Source: Collinsella aerofaciens (GTDB lineage Bacteria; Actinomycetota; Coriobacteriia; Coriobacteriales; Coriobacteriaceae). From it: DNA of 64,000 bases. Of this stretch, positions 24,672 through 34,158 are shown one piece after another (position 1 is the stretch's first letter; each line of letters starts with the position of its first letter). Both the position numbers and the translations under genes were made by a program. A model generated the notes under the pieces. It saw nothing but the letters and a program-made list of their open reading frames with translations, did not search any database and was not told the DNA's origin. The stretch covers positions 841 through 64,840 of the forward strand of contig JAXJET010000034.1 of assembly GCA_036301285.1 (NCBI GenBank), in the 5' to 3' direction.

Positions 24672-25073
24672 ATACCCCTCTCCTCTCATATAGGTATACA
24701 GGCCCCGGCGATCGCCGGGATGTTGGCGTGATGGGATTTTCGCTGTTGCTTCCAATCATCTGGCAGGCAGGCTCAGCAGCAGGTACATGGCGTGGAGAGA
24801 AGGCATGCCGAGGCGAGGAGGGCTGCACGCGCTCCACAAGCCCAGCTACCCGTCTTGCACATGACCGAGCGCCGCAAAGGCCGCATGCCGGATGCTCCCG
24901 GGCACGCCCCGGCGATGGGAAGCGCCCGCAACAGAAATCCGCATGCGGGTTTATTGTACCCCGCCGTCAAGTGTAATTTCGGCAAATATAGGCGGGCGGT
25001 AAAGGTTTACCTTGGGTGACTGCCGGGAGCAAAATGATCCCTTGGGGACGGAGGGACCATTTGGCGGGACTGG

Positions 25074-26012
25074 CTAGAGGGCACCGAAGAGGATGGCGTA
25101 GGTAGTGGATTCGCCGAGTTTGAGCTCGTCGCCGGGATTAAGTTGGGCGGAACGACCGGGCTCGACCTGAATGCAGACGCGCGTGGCCCCGTTTACCACC
25201 ACGGTTCCGTTGGTGGACGACAAGTCCTCGACGTGCCAGATATTTTGAGCATCGCACCAGATATGGGCATGGCGGGCCGAGACATCGTCGCCGACGTCGG
25301 TAATATCGCCCTCACCAGTGGCCAGCGCGCCAATCTCAACACCCTGCTCACTCGGCTGAATCCAGCGCGGGGCGCTCACGACAAAACTGTTTTGTATGCG
25401 CAGCAAGCCCAAGGGGTGCGCCGGGGCGGGTTCGCGTTCGCCCGCGGTCATCGACATGCCAAGCGAACGAGGCGTGGATGTGCCTCCGCCACAGGTCGCG
25501 TGCGCGTAGTCGATGGCATAGTTCACCGAGGACCGCACATCCGCCGAACAACCGACGGCGACAAACAGCACCAGCACGGCCTCGGCGCGCTCGGCGGGCA
25601 TGAGTTCTGCCGCCTGGGACAGGCGATCGAGCGCGTTGCGATAGAGATTCGTGTCCTGGTGACACTCTTCGAGCGCGCGTACCATCGGTTCACCTGCAGG
25701 ACCGCACACCATATTGATCACAGCCGTGGAGTCCATGGGGTTGCGCCGGCGCAAGGCCAGTTGCGACATAATACGCGCAGCCGATGTACCGTATTCGGCA
25801 AAGTAGCGCTGCTGAAGCGTGCCGACCGGTGCGCGAACGATAAAGCGGGAAACCCAAGAGCGATCGGCGGCTCGGCTCTGCGGGCTGCGGCCGTCGGCGA
25901 GCGGACGGGACGAAAGCACCAAGCCGCACAGCTCGATATGGCTCAGATGCGCCGCGCGCTTAAAGATGTCAAACATGGCCCCGCATGGGGTGAGCTCAAC
26001 TTGAGATGCCAT
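25074..26012 (-). CDS. FHA-domain protein with an uncharacterised ~190-aa N-terminal domain
   Basis: C-terminal FHA signature (VSARHAHIW...WHVEDLSSTNGTVVNG). An RBS AAGGAGG lies inside the end of the kinase gene, and the ATG sits 3 nt after the kinase stop codon. Confidence 0.8.
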   Translation of the reverse strand: MASQVELTPCGAMFDIFKRAAHLSHIELCGLVLSSRPLADGRSPQSRAADRSWVSRFIVRAPVGTLQQRYFAEYGTSAARIMSQLALRRRNPMDSTAVINMVCGPAGEPMVRALEECHQDTNLYRNALDRLSQAAELMPAERAEAVLVLFVAVGCSADVRSSVNYAIDYAHATCGGGTSTPRSLGMSMTAGEREPAPAHPLGLLRIQNSFVVSAPRWIQPSEQGVEIGALATGEGDITDVGDDVSARHAHIWCDAQNIWHVEDLSSTNGTVVVNGATRVCIQVEPGRSAQLNPGDELKLGESTTYAILFGAL

Positions 26013-26015
26013 GAC

Positions 26016-27860
26016 CTAGGCCTCCTTGGTCGTAGAAATAGAATCGGACGATACTTCGACAGGTCCGCCAAAAGTACGGGCAGCTGCGGCTCCACCGGCA
26101 AGCGGAGTCGCCATCTGGGCTTTTGTGCGCCGCGGTGCCGAAACGGGAAGCTCAAAGGCAAAGCCCATCGCAAGTAAAAACCACGTAAGCGTATAGGTTG
26201 CAACCAGAGCGGCAACAAGGCCGCCCATCACGGCGCGTTGGGAAAATACGCTACATGCAGCCACAACCAGCACCGGAGCCTCGCAGGCAGAAAGCGCAAG
26301 CACACCCTGCAGGAACCCCGAGCGCCGATCGCGCGCAAGTGCCCCCGCGGCAACGCCGGCCATGCCTGGTAGCGCCAACGCCAGTGCGGCAATAATACCC
26401 GGTAGTGGCCCAGACCACACGAGCGATCCCAAAGTCGCCGTCACGCGAGCGCCCGACGCCAGCAGCGCGGCCGAAACCACGACCACAGCCCAAACCGCGC
26501 CACAGACGACCGCCGCGCCGACCATCAGCGCGCGACGAACCGCGCGGCCGGACGCATCCATGGGGCACGGCGTGAGCGGCTCGCCGCGGAGCGAACGACC
26601 GACATTTTGTGCATAGTGGTCACAAAACGCCGAGAGCGCCGCCTCGACCGCCGCCGGCTCGGGACGATCTTTTTGATGGCTGGACAGACAGGCCATCACC
26701 ACGTCGAACAGCTGGGCATCGACAAACGCCAGCGCATCGCGTAGCTCCTCGGAATCCGGCTCAAGCCCCAACTGCTGGGCCTGCTCAGCCGCGGCGAGCG
26801 CCACATCGGGCTCACGACGAAGCAGCTGAGTCAAATCGCAACCGGGCGCATGGGCACCAATGGGATAGTCGGGCAGCGTGTCCATCTTGAGACGGTAGGG
26901 GCTGGCGATGTCGCGCGTCTTTTTGCGCGAACCCGAGGTGCCCGAAGTGCTCGGCGCAGCTTCGTATGGCGCGACGCCGGCAATGAGCTCGTAAACCGTG
27001 CTTGCCGCGGCATAGACGTCGATCGCCGGCGACATACGCAAAGCGCGCAGGTCGGGAATATCGTCGGTGAGCATCTCGGGCGGAGCGTAGGCCACCGTCG
27101 CGCGACGCAGCGTGGCATAGCGCTCGGTAAAGGATGCCTTGCCGCCGGTACCGGCCACGGCCGACGCAGGCTCGAGCGCCAGCGACGAGCCAAAGTCGAT
27201 CAGGCACAGGTCAAAGGTGCCCTCGGCAAGCTGCCGGTCAAGCGGTAAACGCGCCGTACGCACCATAATATTAGCGGGCGAGATATCGCGATGGACAAAG
27301 CCCTCCCCCACCAGGCTCATGCGGCAGAGCAGGTCGAACAGGTCGCGCCCCAAGCGCGCCGCCACAAGCGGCGATAGGCGTCCGGCATCGTCCACGGCGA
27401 GTCGCGAACGCAAGCGGGCAAGCGTCTCGCCCTCGACCCATTCCATGACAATTGCAGGCACACCGTCGACCTCGCCCCAGCCATAGAGGCGGGGAAAGCC
27501 CTTAAGGCCCGAAAGGGCGCGATGGCATTCGTATTCCTCGCGAAACGCCGCCTTGAACTTGGCGACCAGCGCCTCGTGAGCGGCATCGTCGTCAAACTCA
27601 TCGCGCGTCGGCAAGATGAGCTGCTTGAGTGCCACGGCCTCGCCTTGGGCGTTGACGGCACGCGTCACGCGGCCGATACCGCCACGGCGCATGGTGGCAT
27701 CGTCGGCAAACAGCATCGTAAAACGACGCAGATAGGTAGGCAGTTCGTCCTGACCGAGCGCAATGGCCGGCTCAAACCCGTCGACACGCGCCAGGCGCAG
27801 GCCGACCATGGGATCGCGACCGAGTGATTGTGGTGTGGTGGATACAAGATCGGTCATCAT
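26016..27860 (-). CDS. Hanks-type Ser/Thr protein kinase with a polytopic C-terminal membrane domain and an atypical catalytic loop
   Basis: Kinase motifs AVALKQL, HRDISPANIM and IDFGSS, followed by about 5-6 hydrophobic helices at the C-terminus. Its start overlaps the upstream stop (ATGATGA at 27855-27860). Confidence 0.85.
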   Translation of the reverse strand: MMTDLVSTTPQSLGRDPMVGLRLARVDGFEPAIALGQDELPTYLRRFTMLFADDATMRRGGIGRVTRAVNAQGEAVALKQLILPTRDEFDDDAAHEALVAKFKAAFREEYECHRALSGLKGFPRLYGWGEVDGVPAIVMEWVEGETLARLRSRLAVDDAGRLSPLVAARLGRDLFDLLCRMSLVGEGFVHRDISPANIMVRTARLPLDRQLAEGTFDLCLIDFGSSLALEPASAVAGTGGKASFTERYATLRRATVAYAPPEMLTDDIPDLRALRMSPAIDVYAAASTVYELIAGVAPYEAAPSTSGTSGSRKKTRDIASPYRLKMDTLPDYPIGAHAPGCDLTQLLRREPDVALAAAEQAQQLGLEPDSEELRDALAFVDAQLFDVVMACLSSHQKDRPEPAAVEAALSAFCDHYAQNVGRSLRGEPLTPCPMDASGRAVRRALMVGAAVVCGAVWAVVVVSAALLASGARVTATLGSLVWSGPLPGIIAALALALPGMAGVAAGALARDRRSGFLQGVLALSACEAPVLVVAACSVFSQRAVMGGLVAALVATYTLTWFLLAMGFAFELPVSAPRRTKAQMATPLAGGAAAARTFGGPVEVSSDSISTTKEA

Positions 27861-28762
27861 AGGGCAAGCGCCGCCACGTTATTGTTGAAGTTACCGAGCG
27901 CGACGTCATCATCGCCGTAATGGCCGACCCATTGACATAGGTTGGTGTAACAGCCCCACAGATTGGCATACTGCTGATACCACTTTGACCGGGGCGAGAA
28001 TGTCTGACGACCGAACTCGGCTCGAATGACAAACATCTCCCCGACCAGGCTGTCGCACGGCCTGGGATCTCCCGTAGAGTTATAGGTCGAGACCACGTCA
28101 TTGGCACGAGAAACGTAGCCGTCGAGCATGTTGTACTTGGTCACAAGCCAACTGTGAATGCTCTCTTCCTCAGCAGCGGAAAGGCCACCGGAGTTTGCAT
28201 CGTTGTCAGTGTTGCCGCCCGTCGAGCCGCCATTTCCAGACCCTCCGGTAGAGGAGCCCGACCCAGAGCCGCCGCTCGAACTCGACGAATTCGAGCCGGA
28301 GCCAGAAGTATCCGAGCTACCGGGCTTTCCGGACTGCTGGGCGTCCTGCTCCTTTTGCTGCTCGACCTTATTCACCGTTGCCGCCACGCTATTGTTGGAC
28401 AACCGATCGATGATCTTGGTGTTGGTGAGCACGATGGTTTTGCCATTGGCAAGCGTGACTTCGTTGTCCGGGGCCTCGGCGCCGTCCGCATCGTCGGTGC
28501 CAAACACAATATGCCCGACCACACTTGCCCAAGCATATCCAGTCGTGGTGCCCAGATCGCTTTTGACCTCATGCCCCACGCGCGGTTCGCGTGCGGCATG
28601 CGCCTGCATCATGGACGGCACGGTCATGCCATAGGCAGAAACGCCAGCTATGACCAGCACCAGCGAGCACGATAGCAGTGCGTACGCCCGCGGCGCCAAG
28701 CCCAGTCGGCGTCGTATGCGCACCGCGGCGCCGCGCTTTGTCTGAGTGCCACCGGGCCGCAT
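27857..28762 (-). CDS. Hypothetical membrane-anchored extracytoplasmic protein with a Ser/Gly-rich linker
   Basis: The ATG at 28762 has a GGAGGAG RBS. There is a basic N-terminus, one TM segment (YALLSCSLVLVIAGVSAY), a low-complexity SGSGSNSSSSSGGSGSGSS region, and a Cys/Trp-containing C-terminal domain. I recognise no family. Confidence 0.6.
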   Translation of the reverse strand: MRPGGTQTKRGAAVRIRRRLGLAPRAYALLSCSLVLVIAGVSAYGMTVPSMMQAHAAREPRVGHEVKSDLGTTTGYAWASVVGHIVFGTDDADGAEAPDNEVTLANGKTIVLTNTKIIDRLSNNSVAATVNKVEQQKEQDAQQSGKPGSSDTSGSGSNSSSSSGGSGSGSSTGGSGNGGSTGGNTDNDANSGGLSAAEEESIHSWLVTKYNMLDGYVSRANDVVSTYNSTGDPRPCDSLVGEMFVIRAEFGRQTFSPRSKWYQQYANLWGCYTNLCQWVGHYGDDDVALGNFNNNVAALAL

Positions 28763-29007
28763 GCGTTCTCCTCCAACAAAAACACGCCGCTCGGGAGCGG
28801 CGCATTCATTCGAATCCATATTTGAGTGTATCAGCGAACCAAAAAGGTTGCGCAACGAATGGACAAATTAAGGATGCGAGCGGAAGCATCCATGCGATAA
28901 GCGGATACGAAGCATCTTTGTTGCACAACAAACTCACAGTCGCACGGGGAAATTATGACTACCCCGTGCGTCGCGAGGAAAACATACGGCAGGAGCAGGC
29001 TCGCCAC

Positions 29008-29604
29008 CTAAATCGCGCGGCGGGCCTCGATGGCGCGGCCAAGCGTAAGCTCGTCGGCATACTCCAAGTCGCCGCCCACGGGAAGGCCGCTTGCCAGACG
29101 CGACACCTCGACGCCCAACGGCTTGATGGTACGGGCCAGATAGCTCGCCGTGGTCTCGCCCTCGATGTTGGGGTTGGTGGCGATGATGACCTCGTGGATG
29201 TCCTCGTGGCCCAAGCGTGCCAGCAGCTCTCGAATGTGCAGCTGCTCGGGGCCAATCTTGTCCATGGGACTGATCACGCCGCCCAATACGTGGTAGAGGC
29301 CGTGGTAGCTGCCCGTGCGCTCGATCGCCTGGACATCGCGCGGCTCGCCCACCACGCAAATGCGAGTGGTATCGCGCATCGGGTCCTGGCAGATGGAGCA
29401 CTCGTCGGCCGTGGCGTAGTTAAAGCAGCGGCTGCAAAAGTGGACCTCCTGCTTGACCTCCAGGATGGCCTCGGCCAGGCGGCGCGCCTCCTCGGCGTCG
29501 GCCTCCAACAGGTAATAGGCGATGCGCTGGGCCGACTTGGGACCAATGCCCGGCAGACGGCCCAGCTCATCGAGCAGTTTTTGCAGACTGTGATTTGCAC
29601 TCAT
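29008..29604 (-). CDS. recR: Recombination protein RecR
   Basis: Contains [11 protein letters not shown] (HhH), a Cys4 zinc finger (CSRC...CSIC) and a Toprim region. Confidence 0.95.
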   Translation of the reverse strand: MSANHSLQKLLDELGRLPGIGPKSAQRIAYYLLEADAEEARRLAEAILEVKQEVHFCSRCFNYATADECSICQDPMRDTTRICVVGEPRDVQAIERTGSYHGLYHVLGGVISPMDKIGPEQLHIRELLARLGHEDIHEVIIATNPNIEGETTASYLARTIKPLGVEVSRLASGLPVGGDLEYADELTLGRAIEARRAI

Positions 29605-29617
29605 ATATATGCGTGTC

Positions 29618-29938
29618 TTAGAACGGCATGCCCGGGATGTTGAGGCCGCCGGTGATGGCGCCCATCTGCTTGTTGGCGAGCTCGTTGACGCCGCGGACGG
29701 CCTCGTTGACGGCAGCCATGATCATATCCTGCAGCATATCGACGTCCTCGGGATCGAGCGCATCGGGATCGATGGTGAGGTTGACGAGCTCCATCTCGCC
29801 GTTAACGGTCACCTTGACCATGCCGCCGCCGGCAGAGGCGTCGACGGTCTGGGACTTGAGGTTCTCCTGCGCGGCGGCAAGCTGCTCCTGCATCTTGCGA
29901 GCCTGCTTCATCATCTGCTGCATGTTCATACCGGCCAT
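29618..29938 (-). CDS. ybaB: YbaB/EbfC nucleoid-associated protein
   Basis: 106 aa with [15 protein letters not shown]... and [11 protein letters not shown], typical of YbaB. It lies adjacent to recR. Confidence 0.9.
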   Translation of the reverse strand: MAGMNMQQMMKQARKMQEQLAAAQENLKSQTVDASAGGGMVKVTVNGEMELVNLTIDPDALDPEDVDMLQDMIMAAVNEAVRGVNELANKQMGAITGGLNIPGMPF

Positions 29939-30100
29939 GATGGCTCCTTTACGTGCGGCCGCACGCCGAGCTGCAAGGGCAGCCGGAGCACGGCGGGACT
30001 TTCAAACTCAAAAATCGTACCACGGCGCGCGGCGAGAGAGCGGGGCGGACGTGTTACCTCAGTCGATATACATGTCCTCCAATACAAACCGCACTCAAAG

Positions 30101-30135
30101 ATTATGCAAGGTCGAATTATGCAAGGTTGCATAAT
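30101..30135. promoter_or_regulatory. Candidate operator: ATTATGCAAGGT direct repeat plus the perfect palindrome ATTATGCAA-GG-TTGCATAAT
   Basis: Read directly at 30101-30112 and 30116-30135. It lies in the divergent region between ybaB (start 29938) and the orphan gene (start 30278). Confidence 0.4.
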
Positions 30136-30277
30136 ATCGCACACTCAATCTAGTAGAGCCGAATCCGGCATTTCATGTGCGCCACTAAATAGCTAAATGC
30201 CGAACCGCTGCTCGAGGCGGCGCACATGGCGGCAGGGTATAATTTGATTGCCATAGATAGTAATTTGGAGGTGCCCC

Positions 30278-30751
30278 ATGAATGCCCCCAACGCGCTCCA
30301 AAACATCCGCTCAAAACACCCCGTTGCATATGTGGTTCTCTATCTCTTTGTCGGCTGGGCATTGCTGGTTGTCATCACCCATGCCATAGCTTTTGGAGCA
30401 GAACTGCTGATAGCCAGTTCGGACCAGCCCGTCGTCAAATGGGAGACGACCGATGAGTGCACCGACGGAACCCGAACCGTCTACTACAACAGCCCGTCCC
30501 TCTATCAAGAGTTCAAGGTCAAGATAAAAGACTTCAAGATTGTCGATGCCGAGCTAGGCGTTTATTTGGCAATCGGAGCAACCATTAACGCCGAGCAAGT
30601 CGAGTACACGAACAGCCATGCGACGTATCGTATCGACCTCAGCATCCTAGGCCGACCGTCACGCACCTGTCTGCTCAAATGCGACATACGCGGCACCACA
30701 CTACACATGTCCGAAATACAGATGCGCCCGGACAAGGGGTCCTCTTCTTGA
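30278..30751 (+). CDS. Hypothetical membrane-anchored protein (orphan, lower GC than its neighbours)
   Basis: An RBS GGAGGTG lies before the ATG. One TM segment (VVLYLFVGWALLVVITHAIAF). I recognise no family. GC looks close to 50% by eye. Confidence 0.5.
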   Translation: MNAPNALQNIRSKHPVAYVVLYLFVGWALLVVITHAIAFGAELLIASSDQPVVKWETTDECTDGTRTVYYNSPSLYQEFKVKIKDFKIVDAELGVYLAIGATINAEQVEYTNSHATYRIDLSILGRPSRTCLLKCDIRGTTLHMSEIQMRPDKGSSS

Positions 30752-30772
30752 GCAGTATACCCGCCTGCGCAG

Positions 30773-33178
30773 CTACTCCACCGGCTTGAAGATGGTGGCC
30801 TGGCCAAAGACGCTGCGGATGAGGGCCTTGGCCTCGTCCTCGGTCTGCGGGATGCTCGGGGCTGCGCCCTGATGGCCGAAGGGGCTGCCAGCACCGGGAT
30901 TGGATTCCCAGGGAGCTGCAAGAGCGTCCTCCTCTTTGGGGGCAGTTGCAGCGGACTTGGGCGCGGACGCCGCACCCGGCACGTCGAACGGAGGCAGATC
31001 GTCCCCACCAGCATCGGCAGCAAAACCGCCGACCATGGCATCGTCGTAGGGAACCTGCTCGGATTCCCATGGCGCAGACGACGCGGCAGGCTGAGATTTG
31101 GGAGCGGCAGAGCGCTCGGGCGCACGGGGTGCGGGCTCAGTCGGGAGCTTACCCGTGGCAGGAGCGCCGGCGGGGTTGTCGGAGCGTAGCCAGGGGGCTT
31201 TGCCCAGGTCAGACGACTTGGGCGCGGGCGAGGCGGGCTTGGGCGCGGGTGTCGAAGCAGCCGGTTTGGGCGCCGCGGGCTTAGGCGCCGACGGGGTCGA
31301 TGCCGCTACCGGTGCCGCTTGCTGCTGCGGCGCGCTGGCGCTCGAGGATACAGAGGCCGCCGAGGACACGGGTTGCGGGTCCGCAGATGCCGCAGCCCGT
31401 GCAGATGGAGAATGCTCCTCATGTTGAGGAGCCGGCGTGCCACCCCCATCCAGGACATAGTCGACGGTACGACGACCGAAGACCGCGCAGACCGTCGGCA
31501 GGACCACCGACTGCGTATCGGCGCGACCGAGCATCTTAATGGCAAAAGTCGAACCCGCGGGGAACGAGACCGTGAGCTTGGAGCCGTCGTCGGCCGTGGC
31601 GCGAGCGTTGAGCAAAAGCCCTGCGTAGGAGGCCTGACGAGCCTTGACGCGCTCGACGACCTCGGCCCATTTGCGCTGGAGCTCGCCGGCGTCCTCAACC
31701 GCGGGGGTCTCGGCAGCACCGGCGGCGGCAACCTGGGCGGCATTGTTGGACTGGGGCTTAGGTGCCGGAGCGGTGGCAGGCGCGGGGGCCGCAACGGGCT
31801 GAGGCGTCGGAGTCGGCGCAGGCTGAGGTGCAGGCGCTGCAGGCTTGGAAGCTGACACGGACGCAGAACGGGGCGCAGACTGAGCCGCCGGAGCGGCAGC
31901 ACGGGCGCCCGAAATGAGCGTCGGCTGCTGGGCAGCAGCGGGTACGGATGCTGCAGGCGCGGCGGCCTGAGCAGCAGCCACGCTCGCCGGAACGGCGGCA
32001 TTGGCAACCATGGCCTCCAAGCGAGCCACGCGCTCGGCCAATGCCTCAATCGTTAAATCAGCCTCGGGACGCGCCAGACGCGTGCAGGCAATCTCGAGCA
32101 CCAGGCGCACGTCGCTCGCGCCCCTCATCTCCAGTGCGGCATCGTCGAGCACCGTCAGCACACGGGCCAGGCGGTCGGCAGGATGCTCGCCAAAGGCAGC
32201 GGCCTCGGCAGCAAGCGCCTCGGCCTGCTCGGCACCGCCCTCAAACAACTCGGCACGGGCACCGGCAACGCAGGCAACATACACGTCGCGCACGTGCGCC
32301 ACCAGGTCGCGCGTCAGCTCCAGCAGGTCGTTTCCTTCCTCGACCTGCGCACGGATCAGTCCATAGAGCTCGGCGACATCACGCTCGGCGATGGCGCGGG
32401 CAAACTCGCCCAGGATCTGGTCCGAAACCTCGCCCAAAAGCGAGCGGGCGTCGTCCGCATGCACAGAACCGTTGCCAAAGACGCTCAGTTGCTCCAGCGT
32501 GGACAACGCGTCGCGCATGCCGCCCTTGGCATGGCGCGCCACGATAGCCAGCGCCTCGTCGTCGTAATCGAAGCCCTCCTGCTCGCACACGTATGCCAAG
32601 CGATACTCGATATCCTCGTTGCCGATGCGATGGAAATCGAAACGCTGGCAGCGCGAGAGGATGGTCTCCAGAATCTTTTGCGGGTCGGTGGTGCACAGCA
32701 CAAAGATCACGTGTGCCGGCGGCTCCTCGAGCGTCTTGAGCAGCGCGTTGAACGCCGCCGTCGTGAGCATGTGGACCTCGTCGATGATATAAATCTTGTA
32801 CTTGCCGCGCACTGGGGCAAAGTTGACGGAGTTGATGATCTCCTCGCGCACGTTGTCCACGCCGGTACGGCTTGCGGCATCGAGCTCGTAGACATCCGGG
32901 TGGTTGCCCTCGGCGATGAGCTCGCACTCCTCGCAAGTACCGTCGGGCATGCAGCCGCTTGCACCCTCGGCGCGCGCCGCCTCGGCATTGCGGCACAGCA
33001 GCGCCTTGGCCAGAATGCGCGCCATGGTGGTCTTGCCCGTGCCGCGCGGTCCGCAGAACAGGTAGGCGTGGGACAGGCGCCCCTCGGTGATGGCGTGCTC
33101 GAGCGTCGAGACGATATGTTGCTGGCCCACCACGGAGTCGAAGGTGAGCGGGCGATACTTTCGGTACAACGATTCCAT
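30773..33178 (-). CDS. dnaX: DNA polymerase III subunit gamma/tau
   Basis: MESLYRKYRPLTFDSVVGQ, Walker A GPRGTGKTT, and a zinc module CxxC. The C-terminal half is long and Ala/Pro-rich. The ATG is at 33178. The 959-aa ORF-track version adds a spurious N-terminus. Confidence 0.95.
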   Translation of the reverse strand: MESLYRKYRPLTFDSVVGQQHIVSTLEHAITEGRLSHAYLFCGPRGTGKTTMARILAKALLCRNAEAARAEGASGCMPDGTCEECELIAEGNHPDVYELDAASRTGVDNVREEIINSVNFAPVRGKYKIYIIDEVHMLTTAAFNALLKTLEEPPAHVIFVLCTTDPQKILETILSRCQRFDFHRIGNEDIEYRLAYVCEQEGFDYDDEALAIVARHAKGGMRDALSTLEQLSVFGNGSVHADDARSLLGEVSDQILGEFARAIAERDVAELYGLIRAQVEEGNDLLELTRDLVAHVRDVYVACVAGARAELFEGGAEQAEALAAEAAAFGEHPADRLARVLTVLDDAALEMRGASDVRLVLEIACTRLARPEADLTIEALAERVARLEAMVANAAVPASVAAAQAAAPAASVPAAAQQPTLISGARAAAPAAQSAPRSASVSASKPAAPAPQPAPTPTPQPVAAPAPATAPAPKPQSNNAAQVAAAGAAETPAVEDAGELQRKWAEVVERVKARQASYAGLLLNARATADDGSKLTVSFPAGSTFAIKMLGRADTQSVVLPTVCAVFGRRTVDYVLDGGGTPAPQHEEHSPSARAAASADPQPVSSAASVSSSASAPQQQAAPVAASTPSAPKPAAPKPAASTPAPKPASPAPKSSDLGKAPWLRSDNPAGAPATGKLPTEPAPRAPERSAAPKSQPAASSAPWESEQVPYDDAMVGGFAADAGGDDLPPFDVPGAASAPKSAATAPKEEDALAAPWESNPGAGSPFGHQGAAPSIPQTEDEAKALIRSVFGQATIFKPVE

Positions 33179-33293
33179 GGGTGCTCCCCCGGGTATACTG
33201 AGTCTTGTTGCCGCGGCGGCCATGCGGTCGCACGGCATACTGCATTCCATAATACCCGTACGGCGAGCCCGCCGCGATAGGAGTCCAAAGAGC

Positions 33294-34010
33294 ATGGCAG
33301 ACGCAGAGAGCAACCTCGTCCCCTCCGAAGCAGCCGACCAGGTCGAGGTCGCGCTCGAGGAGCAGGCCGCAGCCGACGACGGCATCCTGTACCTCAACGA
33401 GTACCAGTACGAAAACGACCTGGTCACCGACTTCGCCCGCCTGGTCGCCTCGCCCAGGCGTCGCGGCTCGCTGTATGTCGCCGCGGCAATTGCCGCGCTC
33501 ATCGGCATCGGCATGCTGGTGGCCGGCGGCAACTGGATCAAGTTTGGCGTCGTCCTGATCGTGTTCGGCGCCTTTTTGGCCTGGTGGAGCAAAAACCTGC
33601 ACCACACCCTCGCCCGCGACTTTATCGACGCCGTTGAGGCCGACGAGTCCATGGGTGGCCGCTATCGCCGCGTCGCCGCCAACGAGGACGGCCTGATGGT
33701 TTGGGGCAAGAGCGGCAAGTCACAGTTCTTCCCGTTTGAAAAGCTCGACCACGTGCTCGACGGCGAGCGCATCTTTGTGGCCATGTTCGCCGACCAGGGC
33801 GTGACGATCCCTAAGGACACCTTTGTCCGCGGCGATGCCGAGCAGTTCGGTCCCTTCCTCAAGGCCCGCATCAACAAAAAACTCCGCATCGAGACCAAAC
33901 GCAAGAAGATGAAGGCAGAAAAGGCCGCCGTCGAGGCCAAGCAGGGCGACAAGCCCCAGGAGACCAAGGGCAAGCAGCGCAAGCAGAAGAAGAACAAGAA
34001 AAAGCGCTAG
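33294..34010 (+). CDS. YcxB-like membrane protein with a Lys-rich tail
   Basis: The ATG at 33294 follows an RBS ATAGGAG. There are two TM helices, a YcxB-like C-terminal domain (tentative), and a KKxK-rich tail. Confidence 0.55.
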   Translation: MADAESNLVPSEAADQVEVALEEQAAADDGILYLNEYQYENDLVTDFARLVASPRRRGSLYVAAAIAALIGIGMLVAGGNWIKFGVVLIVFGAFLAWWSKNLHHTLARDFIDAVEADESMGGRYRRVAANEDGLMVWGKSGKSQFFPFEKLDHVLDGERIFVAMFADQGVTIPKDTFVRGDAEQFGPFLKARINKKLRIETKRKKMKAEKAAVEAKQGDKPQETKGKQRKQKKNKKKR

Positions 34011-34158
34011 GCCGGACGCAGGGTCCAGACCCCAGACGGAGCTTAAATTGAATGTCGCCCACCCGCGCGTGCTACACTAGCAGCATCTATGCCACCGCGA
34101 ACGGCTCGGCTCCGCGCCCGCCGCTCACAAACGAACTTTAAACGCACGAGGGTTGGCC

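Noticed and set aside
28763-28855. Longer N-terminal versions of the first gene of the kinase/FHA module (TTG at 28855 or ATG at 28819).
   Set aside because: Only the ATG at 28762 has a good RBS (GGAGGAG, about 5 nt spacing), and it gives a typical basic N-terminus plus a signal anchor.
30773-33178. A programmed -1 frameshift site in dnaX producing gamma and tau, as in E. coli.
   Set aside because: I saw no A AAA AAG-type slippery heptamer on the coding strand when reading the gene, so I make no claim.
33179-33293. An SRP (4.5S/scRNA) gene, which is often found just upstream of dnaX.
   Set aside because: I read both strands and saw no conserved SRP domain IV motif (no GGAAGCAGC-type sequence and no symmetric-loop context). 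The 115-bp gap looks like a plain divergent promoter region.
33179-33652. The N-terminal 158 aa of the 959-aa ORF-track version of dnaX.
   Set aside because: The canonical DnaX N-terminus (MESLYRKYRPLTF) begins at the ATG at 33178. The extension has no RBS logic, has odd composition, and overlaps the real plus-strand gene starting at 33294.
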